From positions 76,450 to 140,449 of the IMG/VR virus record IMGVR_UViG_3300005573_000057: 64,000 bases of DNA. One strand, given 5' to 3'. Shown here piece by piece: positions 27,852 through 36,605 of this stretch; positions within the stretch are counted from its first letter, which is position 1; the number at the start of each line of letters is the position of its first letter. Made by a program: the position numbers and the translations under genes. A model generated the notes under the pieces. That model was not told the DNA's origin. It did no database searches and saw only the letters and a list, made by a program, of their open reading frames with translations. The DNA comes from a virus.

Positions 27852-27927
27852 CGGTTGCGGGAGTGGGATTCGAACCCACGGCCTCCGGGGTATGAACCCG
27901 GCGCTCTACCAACTGAGCTATCCCGCG
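27852..27927 (-). tRNA. Initiator tRNA-fMet(CAT), ending CCG
   Basis: C1:A72 mismatch, GGG/CCC anticodon-stem pairs, CAT anticodon. Confidence 0.85.
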
Positions 27928-27951
27928 AAAAAATGTTTGTACTACTCTTTA

Positions 27952-27980
27952 ATTATATCCCACAAACTAACCAATGTCAA
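27952..27980 (-). promoter_or_regulatory. Consensus promoter for the tRNA cluster
   Basis: TTGACA-N17-TATAAT; the -35 box overlaps the upstream TGA stop. Confidence 0.8.
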
Positions 27981-28207
27981 TCTTTATTTAGCTCGGCTTT
28001 CAAAGCAATCACACTAGGAAAATCATCGGCCATATTATCAGAAAGATTTGCCAGATCCCAACCACGAAGGTAAGCATCCAACAACTTATCCACACCACGT
28101 TCAGCCACTACGCACCTACGAAGGAAATCATGATTCAGTGCAGGAGCACGCCCTTTGCCAGCTTTGAAAGCATCAACACCGGCCTTGAATGCATCGTTTA
28201 CGTTCAT
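27977..28207 (-). CDS. Hypothetical protein
   Basis: GGAG RBS; AFKAG..AF..G and AYLRGW (Rmf/CrpP-like pattern). Confidence 0.6.
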   Translation of the reverse strand: MNVNDAFKAGVDAFKAGKGRAPALNHDFLRRCVVAERGVDKLLDAYLRGWDLANLSDNMADDFPSVIALKAELNKD

Positions 28208-28273
28208 AGCAATCTCCATTTTTGCCACAGTTAAAAGGTGGGAGCTTTTCACTCCGCCGGGCCGTGAGGCTCT

Positions 28274-28548
28274 GCCCGTAAGGGCCTAGTGACGGAACCT
28301 TTCGGTTCGCTCCCCTCGCCAATGTTGTAACGCAGCTTCGTCCTTTAAGGGACTTGCGACAAGCTGTTTCGTGCGTACCCTATGCTTGTCTACTCCTGCC
28401 GCTTGCAGAGCAATGGACTGAGGAAGCATCCATTGGTGCGTCTTGTACTTCGTTACAACGTAGTCACGATGTTTTGTGACTGAGGCTGGTCAACCGAGCT
28501 ATCGACCTTGCGGTTTCTAGCTCCGGCCCGAAAGCCGGGGTAGTTGAC
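28274..28548 (-). ncRNA. Stand-alone omegaRNA (HEARO) with no iscB gene
   Basis: Complete scaffold homologous to 8450-8724 with compensatory stem changes; followed by a short linker and partial right end (28213-28273). Confidence 0.88.
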
Positions 28549-28584
28549 ATCAATCTCCATTAGTTTCGATCAACCTACAACTGA

Positions 28585-28612
28585 ATTATACAGCATCTAC
28601 GGAAAAAGTCAA
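28585..28612 (-). promoter_or_regulatory. Early promoter driving guide plus orphan omegaRNA
   Basis: TTGACT-N16-TATAAT, 36 nt upstream of the scaffold. Confidence 0.75.
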
Positions 28613-29445
28613 GAAGGAATTTTCTTGTTTTCGAAGACCCAAGCATTCCCAGAGACCCGAGTATTCTTAGATACCACACCATCATCATAAACCCGAGAAT
28701 TCCCATAGACCCGAGCATTCCCACAGATCAGAGCATTCCCACAGATCAGAGGATTCCCGTAGACCCGAGCATTCCCATAGACCTGAGCATCATCGAAGAC
28801 CCAAGCATTCTCAGAGACCTTAGCATCATCATAGATCCAAACATACCCGTAGACCCGAGCATTTCCGTAGACCCGAGCATTCCAAGAGACCCAAGCATTC
28901 CCGTAAATCCGGGCATTCTTGTAGACCCGAGCGTCCTTGTAAACCTGAGAATTGCCGTAGACATTAGCATCCCCATAGACCTGAGCGTTCCCAAAGACTA
29001 AAGCATACCCATAGACCCGAGCATGATCGAAGACCGAAGCGTTCCCGAAGACCCGAGCATGATCGAAGACCCAAGCGTTCCCATAGACCCGAGCATGTTC
29101 GAAGGCGAAAGCACCCCCGTAAACCCGAGCATTATCGTAAACAAAAGCGTTTTCAGATACTAGAGCGTCCCTGTAGACCTCTGCATTCCCGAAGACCCGA
29201 GCATTTCCACATACCTCGGCATTTTCGGATATTTGGGCATCCTCATAGACTAGAGCATTATCAAAAACACAAGCATTCCCCGAAACCCAGCAGTTTCCCT
29301 CGTGACTCAAATTCTTTTTAGATTCGAGATAACCGCCTTTGTCGCCAGAACGAACATCACCAAAATCGCGCAAAGCGCGGATACGGTAAAGCACACGACC
29401 ACCGACTTCAATGCTTTCGTCTTTCAACAATTCGTACTTTTTCAT
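28609..29445 (-). CDS. Hexapeptide-repeat protein, paralog 3 (longest)
   Basis: Same N-terminal module, more hexads (ARVYGN). Confidence 0.82.
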   Translation of the reverse strand: MKKYELLKDESIEVGGRVLYRIRALRDFGDVRSGDKGGYLESKKNLSHEGNCWVSGNACVFDNALVYEDAQISENAEVCGNARVFGNAEVYRDALVSENAFVYDNARVYGGAFAFEHARVYGNAWVFDHARVFGNASVFDHARVYGYALVFGNAQVYGDANVYGNSQVYKDARVYKNARIYGNAWVSWNARVYGNARVYGYVWIYDDAKVSENAWVFDDAQVYGNARVYGNPLICGNALICGNARVYGNSRVYDDGVVSKNTRVSGNAWVFENKKIPS

Positions 29446-29479
29446 CACAAATTCCTAAAAAATCAAGCTAGTGAATTAG

Positions 29480-29740
29480 TGTAGGGAATTCTGTTCCCAA
29501 GTTTCCCTACAGACTCGTAGCCTATTGCTTAAGCAGCAATCGCTTGGGCGTAAACCTCGTCGTTAGCGTTTACAGTTTTGCTCTGATTACGTCAGTCGCC
29601 TCTCGTGTTGCAACCTCAATTTCTTTAGCATGTCGAATCCAGATCGCCCCCATCAAAAACACTCCTTAAAATGCTTATGGTGGAGGCGGCGGGAATTGAA
29701 CCCGCGTCCACGCCGCTTCCATCTTAGTTGAATAACAACA
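29480..29740 (-). ncRNA. ssrA: Circularly permuted two-piece tmRNA; tag (A)ANDEVYAQAIAA*
   Basis: Acceptor 3' piece (GGACGCGGGTTCAATTCCCGCCGCCTCCACCA, ends 29678) lies upstream of the 5' end GGGGGCGATCTGGATTCGAC (29651); tag at 29567-29529; outer limits approximate. Confidence 0.9.
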
Positions 29741-29788
29741 ATTCTGTGAATTTTGTTGGTTTAGTATGTAGAGAAACCGAGTTTTTGG

Positions 29789-29965
29789 TTACTCTCCAAT
29801 CACCTTTTCACTTAACTGAACAGACTTAGCCTTTTTCTCACCAAGTTCGGCAAGAACAAGAAATCGTTTGAAATCAGCACGTTCTGCGTTTGTTTTACAC
29901 TTGTACGTCGCAAGACGCACCTTGCTACCTTTGCTCAAACGAAAATGACTATCAAGACCTGTCAT
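29789..29965 (-). CDS. Small basic hypothetical protein
   Basis: GGAG RBS; promoter TTGACA-N16-TATAGT upstream. Confidence 0.55.
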   Translation of the reverse strand: MTGLDSHFRLSKGSKVRLATYKCKTNAERADFKRFLVLAELGEKKAKSVQLSEKVIGE

Positions 29966-30031
29966 GATTTTTACTCCAAAGATGAATTTTTCTATCGAAA
30001 AGACTAAACTATACCACAAAAATTCGATTTG

Positions 30032-31201
30032 TCAAGACCCCATCAACAATTTTTTTGGAACTGAGTCGTCGAACTCATTTTCATTACGAGTGTACCACTT
30101 TCCACCAGAAACCGCAAAATCCGTGATCGGAATGTAGTCAAAATTGGTTGATCGTGTCTTTGTGTCAACATTGACAATGACGAATCCATTGTGCCACTTT
30201 TCGCCCTCTGTGTAACTTGCAGATCGTTTGTGCCCTGCACCAATTTGTTGCCATTCATAAGCACCATAGACCGGACTAAACATCGACCATACATGGTGCG
30301 AATGATGATGCCCATTCACTCCTGGCAATCCCATATTACGCCCATAGGGGTAGTGGTGACAAAGAACTGATTCGTAGTAGACCTTATAGTTGTTCCCGAG
30401 TTCTTTCTGAATATCTCGCTGATTCCATGATGCCATATCTGCCTTGGCAATGTAGTTAATCTCGTATTTTTCAAGACCAAGCAACTTTCCGATTGTCATG
30501 CCATGCAAATCAGACAGCACAGCTTTCAAGGCCGGTGTTGCATCTGCCATGTGCTTCAAAAGCCGAAGTTCGTGATTTCCCTCAATCAAATCAATCTGGC
30601 TATCTGGACACACTTCACGAATAGGATTCAAAATGTTATCATGAACGAATTTTATCCGGTTCACTACATCCCAATCACGCGGATCAACTGTATATCGTCC
30701 AAATTCGGGCAAATCAAACACATCGCCATTCAGCACGATCACATCTGGTTGCACACGTTTAGCAGTATCAATCAAGACACGCAAATAAAATTTGTCAACT
30801 TCAATATCGTGTAGATCCGAAGCCACCAGAATGCTCTTGTAGCGGTTCGAATTTGGTCTGATGTACTTGTCGCCCCATTCCGACCTTTCCCGCTGGAACG
30901 ACCTGTAGTGGTCTACACTGGCATGTTTGGCAATTTCTCGTTCAAGCTTGTGTTGTTGTCTGGTTAAGATGATCCCGGATTGTCGCTTAAATTCGTGAAA
31001 CGTTCCGAAATGAACTGACCAAGCTGATTCGGCGTATTTTCCGTGAATCCGATAGTAGTTCCTACTAATCACGCGGTCTGGTTCAGACACAGCCATGATC
31101 CGCAAATCTTTGATGCATTCTTCCTTGGTTGCATCCTTGATCTTTGGAATGATCGTTTCTGATAGGGGTTGATCTGTTTCGTCAGTATCTTTTGTCATCA
31201 T
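30032..31201 (-). CDS. Calcineurin-like metallophosphoesterase with a small N-terminal helical domain
   Basis: SDLH, NGDVFD, EGNHE, HH, GHHH. Confidence 0.85.
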   Translation of the reverse strand: MMTKDTDETDQPLSETIIPKIKDATKEECIKDLRIMAVSEPDRVISRNYYRIHGKYAESAWSVHFGTFHEFKRQSGIILTRQQHKLEREIAKHASVDHYRSFQRERSEWGDKYIRPNSNRYKSILVASDLHDIEVDKFYLRVLIDTAKRVQPDVIVLNGDVFDLPEFGRYTVDPRDWDVVNRIKFVHDNILNPIREVCPDSQIDLIEGNHELRLLKHMADATPALKAVLSDLHGMTIGKLLGLEKYEINYIAKADMASWNQRDIQKELGNNYKVYYESVLCHHYPYGRNMGLPGVNGHHHSHHVWSMFSPVYGAYEWQQIGAGHKRSASYTEGEKWHNGFVIVNVDTKTRSTNFDYIPITDFAVSGGKWYTRNENEFDDSVPKKLLMGS

Positions 31202-31238
31202 TTGATTTCAGGTTCGGTGAATGAATAGCACGCTGTAG

Positions 31239-31469
31239 TTACGCAACTTGATCTACGGTTGGCGTGTCGAGAACAAGATCGCAACTACGGGGAGACCCAA
31301 CGCCAATGAACTTGCCGTTAAGATCCCATCCGACAGGATACCACTCGTTTTCGGAAGCTTTGTACGCCCCGATCATCTTGGTATCGGTTGTCATGAACAC
31401 CAAAGCATCCGAACCCCCTAGTGTCTTGAATGACGAACATTTACAATTGTTTTCTACATTTTCGGTCAT
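31239..31469 (-). CDS. Hypothetical protein
   Basis: AAGGA RBS; W...GK.......DL phage motif. Confidence 0.6.
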   Translation of the reverse strand: MTENVENNCKCSSFKTLGGSDALVFMTTDTKMIGAYKASENEWYPVGWDLNGKFIGVGSPRSCDLVLDTPTVDQVA

Positions 31470-31480
31470 GTAAATTTCCT

Positions 31481-31759
31481 TTAATCGGTGGTGCAGTTGA
31501 TGGTTTCATCTCGTGCTTGCCAGCCAGCAATGAAATAGCTTCCTTGAATGTCGAACCATCCTTCATCCGATCCGTATACTCGCACAAAATCTGATCTAAT
31601 TTTGTCGTGAACTCCATCTTCTTCTGGTGTTTCGCCATGATCAGATTCGTGACAATAATCGGGTGGTGGCGTCTGATCTACAGGTTCAATCCAGCTTGGA
31701 CAGCCGCAGTATTTACAGCGGTATGGAGGATTGTTGATGCGTTTTGGTAGTGTTGTCAT
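31481..31759 (-). CDS. Hypothetical Cys/His protein
   Basis: CKYCG..PPPDYCHESDH. Confidence 0.55.
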   Translation of the reverse strand: MTTLPKRINNPPYRCKYCGCPSWIEPVDQTPPPDYCHESDHGETPEEDGVHDKIRSDFVRVYGSDEGWFDIQGSYFIAGWQARDETINCTTD

Positions 31760-31760
31760 T

Positions 31761-32141
31761 TTATTTCACCGGGATCTGTTCGACGGGCCACTTATCTTTT
31801 TTCAAATTTTCAGAAAACTCTACTTCGTCTTCAACCTCAACGCCTTTTGCCCAATAACTCGGAAGGCAGTACGGAATTTTTTTGGTATTTAGAACGACAA
31901 CCTTGGATTCGCCAAACTGACTTGCAGTTACATCCACAATGTAGTCGCCAACTACAACAAAGCAGTGACCATGATTGTACTTGATCTTGGATTGAAAGCC
32001 AACCTTTTTGAGCGCCTTATGCAACAAAAATGCACCGTGAGCACACATCCCGACAAGGTTTTGTTTGAATCCCTTCTCAACAGCAACAGCTTCGACTTCC
32101 TTACGAACTTCTCTTGCTACACTGATCAACTCGTCTTTCAT
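31761..32141 (-). CDS. Hypothetical protein with papain/transglutaminase-like C-H-D pattern
   Basis: GMC...HCFVVV..IVDVTASQF. Confidence 0.6.
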   Translation of the reverse strand: MKDELISVAREVRKEVEAVAVEKGFKQNLVGMCAHGAFLLHKALKKVGFQSKIKYNHGHCFVVVGDYIVDVTASQFGESKVVVLNTKKIPYCLPSYWAKGVEVEDEVEFSENLKKDKWPVEQIPVK

Positions 32142-32171
32142 GATCTATTCCTTATCAATGTCTACAGCTAA

Positions 32172-32231
32172 AGTATAGACGATGGTCTTCGATTGTCAAG
32201 CTTGACATTGAAACAAGTTGTGAGATACAAT
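32172..32231. promoter_or_regulatory. Back-to-back sigma70 promoters sharing a palindrome
   Basis: TGTCAAGCTTGACA (32194-32207); minus TTGACA-N16-TATACT; plus TTGACA-N18-TACAAT. Confidence 0.7.
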
Positions 32232-32789
32232 GGCATCGTGTTCAGAAATTCGGTTCTTCCATCTATGAAGAAAAGCTATCGAACATTTGCTTTCGATGAA
32301 ATTTTTAAATGATAGTCAAAAAGTTGAACTTTTTCACTAACTACAGTATCGAAGCAAGATTGACAGGTTGAATCACCTCGTAACAGAAGATTCCAATACA
32401 GATGTTGTTTGTTGGCATCTGGGTTCATTGTAATACAACAACCGTGATAGGACAAGACCTTACTGTTCCACGGAAAAGTCGAAGTCAGGCATCTTCATCC
32501 CCAATCGACTCTAAATAATCACCGGATTCTCGTAGTGTCGCTTGGTAGAAGCCCAACCATTTAGAGAATCCAAAAACCATAGGTTTCTGTGACGCGGATA
32601 ACGGCGCACCTTCTTTCCCTATGTTTCACAATTTTTGTGAAGAACTACAAAAAGACCGGGATGCATTTCATAGTTTTCCTTTATTGTCCGTTCTAAAGTT
32701 CTTCCAAAATAAAAAAAACTACCTTTCCTAAAGAAAATAGTTGTTCTCTAAAGAAACTAAAGTAAAAAACAAAATAAAATCACCAGATA

Positions 32790-33130
32790 ACTAGAGACCA
32801 CTAAGTAAACCAAGGAACCAAGGAACCAGAGACCACTAAAGACCACTAAAGACCACTAAGTAAACCAAGGAACCAAGGAACCAGAGACCACTAAGTAAAC
32901 CAAGGAACCAAGGAACCAGAGACCACTAGAGATTACTAAAGGCCACTAGAGACCACTAGAGATTACTAAAGTCCACTAGAGACCACTAAAGACCATTAGA
33001 GAGCCGACAGTGACCTATAGACCAGTAGAGAATAGGAAATTAGTAGACCACTAGAGATTACTAAAGGCCACTAAAGGCCACTAGAGACCACTAGAGACCA
33101 CTAAAGACCACTAAAGACCACTAAAGAGTC
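32790..33130. repeat. Tandem 10-bp (GACCACTARA) and 8-bp (AACCAAGG) repeats; candidate origin iterons
   Basis: About 22 decamer copies by eye and three 35-bp superunits; AT-rich flank 32700-32790; at the strand switch. Confidence 0.85.
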
Positions 33131-33416
33131 TATAGTGACCTCTAGGCCCATGAAGTTACGTCCTAAATTTTTGTCTTAACACAGATTAAAAACGCTGTAG
33201 CGTTTGATACTGATTGACATGGTGAAACCATAGTAGGTCTTGAAGCGCACTGCAAAACATCAGTTCCGGTTGTTTTTTTCTTTTTCACCAAAAGACCCAA
33301 TTTTTGAAGAATGCGGTATCTTGAAACCCTTGACCGCGTGTGTAACAAAATGTAACAAAAGTGTTTCTCAAAGGTCTACATAACTACTTGAACTTATTTC
33401 AACGCCTCTCTCCACC

Positions 33417-33944
33417 ATGATTTCCAACACCGATTTTGCAACTGTCAACAGTTATCAACTTACGATTTCCAAACTTCCCGGAGTTGGGTTTTTTTGCGTC
33501 AAAGCTTCATTGCCGGGTATCCGTCTTCCAAGTTTAGCTCAATACAGTCCCTATAAACCCATTCCTCAAGCCGGTTCTGAAATGACTTTAGAACCGTTTT
33601 CTGTTGACTTTTATATTGATCGGATGTATAATAATTATATTGCGGCAATGAATTGGATCTTGGCGCTTGGAAGAACTGATGATACTCAATATCAGAATTT
33701 CTTGATTTCAAACAACGTATCGTCCCCTCTTGGAGAAGGATTGGTAGATTCGAGTGATGGGTCTCTCATTGTTCTGACAACCAATAACAACCCCGCACTT
33801 GAAATCGTCTATCACAACTTGATCCCGGTTTCTCTAGGAACCCCATACCAAGCTACGAGTGTTGGAACGGATGTTCAGTATCTCCAAGCCACCATGACGT
33901 TTGAATATACAGACTTCACTTTGAATCAACTAGGTGGAGCGTAA
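33417..33944 (+). CDS. Tail completion / tube terminator (gp3-like)
   Basis: L.ISKLP.V.FFC..ASLPGI; Y..A..TF.Y..F; position before uvsY. Confidence 0.75.
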   Translation: MISNTDFATVNSYQLTISKLPGVGFFCVKASLPGIRLPSLAQYSPYKPIPQAGSEMTLEPFSVDFYIDRMYNNYIAAMNWILALGRTDDTQYQNFLISNNVSSPLGEGLVDSSDGSLIVLTTNNNPALEIVYHNLIPVSLGTPYQATSVGTDVQYLQATMTFEYTDFTLNQLGGA

Positions 33945-33961
33945 CCTTTTGTGGGAATTCA

Positions 33962-34411
33962 ATGTTTCAAAGTATCGAAGAATTAAAGCAAGCTTGGGAA
34001 GCTGATTCAAAGATAGACATTCGAAACCTTGGTGTTGAAAGCATCAAGTCGCCATCAATTCATTCAAAATATCTGTCTGAATACATTGACGCAAAGAAAC
34101 GTATCATCAAAACTCAGTCCGACTACAACATCCTTGTTGGAAAAAAGGTACGTTACTGGCGTGGTGAAATGAGTCCAGAAGAAGTTGCCGAACTTGGGTG
34201 GAACCAGTGGCAGTATAACAAAATTGCTATGGGACAAATTGATCAAATGGTTGATGCAGATGAAGAATTGTCGGTCATGTCAAGCAAGCTTAATTACTGG
34301 AAGTTATATGCAGATGCAGCAGAACGCATTTTGACCTCAGTAAAGCAACGTGACTTTTCAATTTCAAACGCAATCAAGTTTATTCTTCACATGAATGGGG
34401 AACAGGTTTGA
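33962..34411 (+). CDS. uvsY: Recombination mediator UvsY
   Basis: W..DSKID..L..ES...P.IHSKYL; R.F.I.NAI. Confidence 0.9.
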   Translation: MFQSIEELKQAWEADSKIDIRNLGVESIKSPSIHSKYLSEYIDAKKRIIKTQSDYNILVGKKVRYWRGEMSPEEVAELGWNQWQYNKIAMGQIDQMVDADEELSVMSSKLNYWKLYADAAERILTSVKQRDFSISNAIKFILHMNGEQV

Positions 34412-35937
34412 ACGGCTTCGAAGACGATACAATTTATGTTTCACCTTTCAACGAAGCCTTTATTCGTGTGCGTGGCACCGAAGCGGTTGAAATGCATCTA
34501 TCGGATCACCTGAAATTTCGTTCTCCAACTGCAAGATGGTCTAAAAAGGTCAAGATGCGCCTACAAACGGGCGATGTGTATCTGTACAACCGCAAAGACC
34601 ATCTTGTTTTGAAAGGTTTGTACAATCGAATCCTACTATTTGCTAGGGTTAACAACTACAAAATCAAATCGACGTTGACTGATGAAGCAACTGTTCCTAT
34701 GGAACGTGCTGAATCGTATGCATCAAAGGTCTTGGTCAACATTAAAGACAAAGGTGCTGTTCACCTTGACAAATATCAACAGGATGCGGTAGCCAAAGCA
34801 ATCCACTACGAACGATTGTTGTTGCTCTCTCCTACATCATCCGGGAAATCGGCAATGATGTACGCAATGGTTCGATGGTACTTGTCATACAAGAAGCGCA
34901 TCGTGATCATTGTTCCGTCAACATGGCTTGTTGACCAGATGTATCAGGATTTTGTCCAGTATGCAAAGGACATAGACCCAAAATTCGATCCAGAAAAAAC
35001 CTTTCACCGTCTATACAGTGGGCAACCCAGAAAATTTTCTCAACCATGTTTGATTACGACATGGCAGACTCTAAGCCTTTTGGAAACAAAATTTTTCAAC
35101 GGCTTCGATGTGATTATTGGGGATGAAGCTCACGGATTCAATGCTAAGGTTTTGTCGTTGATGATGAAAACCAATGTACGTTCAAAAGTACGGATTGGAA
35201 TGACCGGGACAATAGATGACCTCAAAGTGCATCTTTATAATCTGGAAGGATATTTTGGGCCAACCTATCAGGTTAGCACAACAAAAACACTGATGGATGA
35301 AGGTCGGGTTAGTCAACTATCTATTGAGTTTATTTGTCTAAACTACAAAAACTTTGATCAACTGTTGGAGTCGAAAGGATATGCTTCAAAGCATCGACTT
35401 GAATATACCGAAGAAGTTGATCTAATTCAGAATGTTCAAAAAAGAACCGATTTTATTGCTCAACTTGGTGCTAAAGTCATTAAAGGTACGACTCTGATCT
35501 TATTTCAGAACATTGCTCACGGAAAGGCCATTGTAGAATCTTTGAAAGCTATGAATCTTGATGACATTGATGTGCATTACATCGACGGTCAAGTTGAAGT
35601 CGATGGCAGGCAGGAAATCAAGTCGATTGTCGAATCGAGCAAACGTCATGTCATTGTTGCAAGCTATGGAGTTTTGCGTCAAGGGGTTTCAATTCCATCC
35701 ATTGATGCTATCATTTTTGCCCACCCAACGAAAAGCAAGATACGCAGTCTTCAATCCATTGGTCGGGGACTTCGCCTGAAAGACGGTAAATCGTCTTGTA
35801 CCCTTTACGATATTGTTGACATTTTTTCAAGTGCTGGCAGAGCAAGCTATTGCTCGGTGCATGGTAGGGAACGTGCATCTTTTTATCAGGCCGAACAGTT
35901 CGATATGAATATACGGCGTTTGAACCTTGAATTGTAG
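34408..35937 (+). CDS. uvsW: SF2 helicase UvsW
   Basis: SPTSSGKS, TTWQ, GDEAH, GMTGT, LQSIGRGLR. Confidence 0.95.
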   Translation: MNGFEDDTIYVSPFNEAFIRVRGTEAVEMHLSDHLKFRSPTARWSKKVKMRLQTGDVYLYNRKDHLVLKGLYNRILLFARVNNYKIKSTLTDEATVPMERAESYASKVLVNIKDKGAVHLDKYQQDAVAKAIHYERLLLLSPTSSGKSAMMYAMVRWYLSYKKRIVIIVPSTWLVDQMYQDFVQYAKDIDPKFDPEKTFHRLYSGQPRKFSQPCLITTWQTLSLLETKFFNGFDVIIGDEAHGFNAKVLSLMMKTNVRSKVRIGMTGTIDDLKVHLYNLEGYFGPTYQVSTTKTLMDEGRVSQLSIEFICLNYKNFDQLLESKGYASKHRLEYTEEVDLIQNVQKRTDFIAQLGAKVIKGTTLILFQNIAHGKAIVESLKAMNLDDIDVHYIDGQVEVDGRQEIKSIVESSKRHVIVASYGVLRQGVSIPSIDAIIFAHPTKSKIRSLQSIGRGLRLKDGKSSCTLYDIVDIFSSAGRASYCSVHGRERASFYQAEQFDMNIRRLNLEL

Positions 35938-35990
35938 CATTTCAATCTATGTCGTGGTATACTTTATCCTAGTTTTATAAAGGATACAAA

Positions 35991-36605
35991 ATGAAATCAA
36001 AACCAAAAAGAGAAAAGGCCGAAGGGCATAAAGCGGCATCCCATTATGTCGATAATCGGGAGTTTCTCAAGGCTCTCCAAGAGTATCATCAGGAGTTGAA
36101 AACTAATCCCAACGCCCGAGTAAGCGAGTTCATTGGGGAATGTATCCTCAAAATATGTTCTGGAGTGTCTAAAAAGTATCAGTTCAATAATGAAATCAAT
36201 CATCGCTACATCAATGATATGGTTGGTGATGCTGTTTTGGTTTGCCTACGGGCTGTTCCGAAGTTTGATTCGTCAATGAATACAAGCGCATTCAGTTATT
36301 TTACGACTTGCGCGGAACGTGCATTCCTGCATCGTATCGAAGGCGAAACCAATCAAGTGATGATTCAGTACAAGGTGATCGTTGATTACTTTGATGAAAT
36401 GGGAGAAATTCCAGACGGATTTTCAGAAGATGATGCTGCGATTCGCAGTGAAGGCATTGATACTGATCAAGTCGAAAACATGCGGCAAAAAATTCTTCAA
36501 AAGGAACTTGCGCATATGCAGAAAATCAAAAAGGTCAAACCGCTGACTCCATTGGAAGAACTGGACAGCATTGATGATCTCGAAGGATTGGAGGATTTCG
36601 TTTGA
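35991..36605 (+). CDS. 55: Late sigma factor gp55
   Basis: HYVDN.EF..AL, IGEC..KI, AFSYFT....AFL.RI..E. Confidence 0.93.
   Translation: MKSKPKREKAEGHKAASHYVDNREFLKALQEYHQELKTNPNARVSEFIGECILKICSGVSKKYQFNNEINHRYINDMVGDAVLVCLRAVPKFDSSMNTSAFSYFTTCAERAFLHRIEGETNQVMIQYKVIVDYFDEMGEIPDGFSEDDAAIRSEGIDTDQVENMRQKILQKELAHMQKIKKVKPLTPLEELDSIDDLEGLEDFV

Noticed and set aside
27437-28073. ORFs 27437-27670, 27453-27674 and 27855-28073
   Set aside because: They overlap tRNA genes.
28620-29290. CRISPR or non-coding repeat (gacccgagcattccc periodicity; also 60-1330)
   Set aside because: The 18-nt period is explained by in-frame hexapeptide coding repeats.
32790-33130. CRISPR array
   Set aside because: Units are 8-10 bp tandem repeats without unique spacers; no cas genes.
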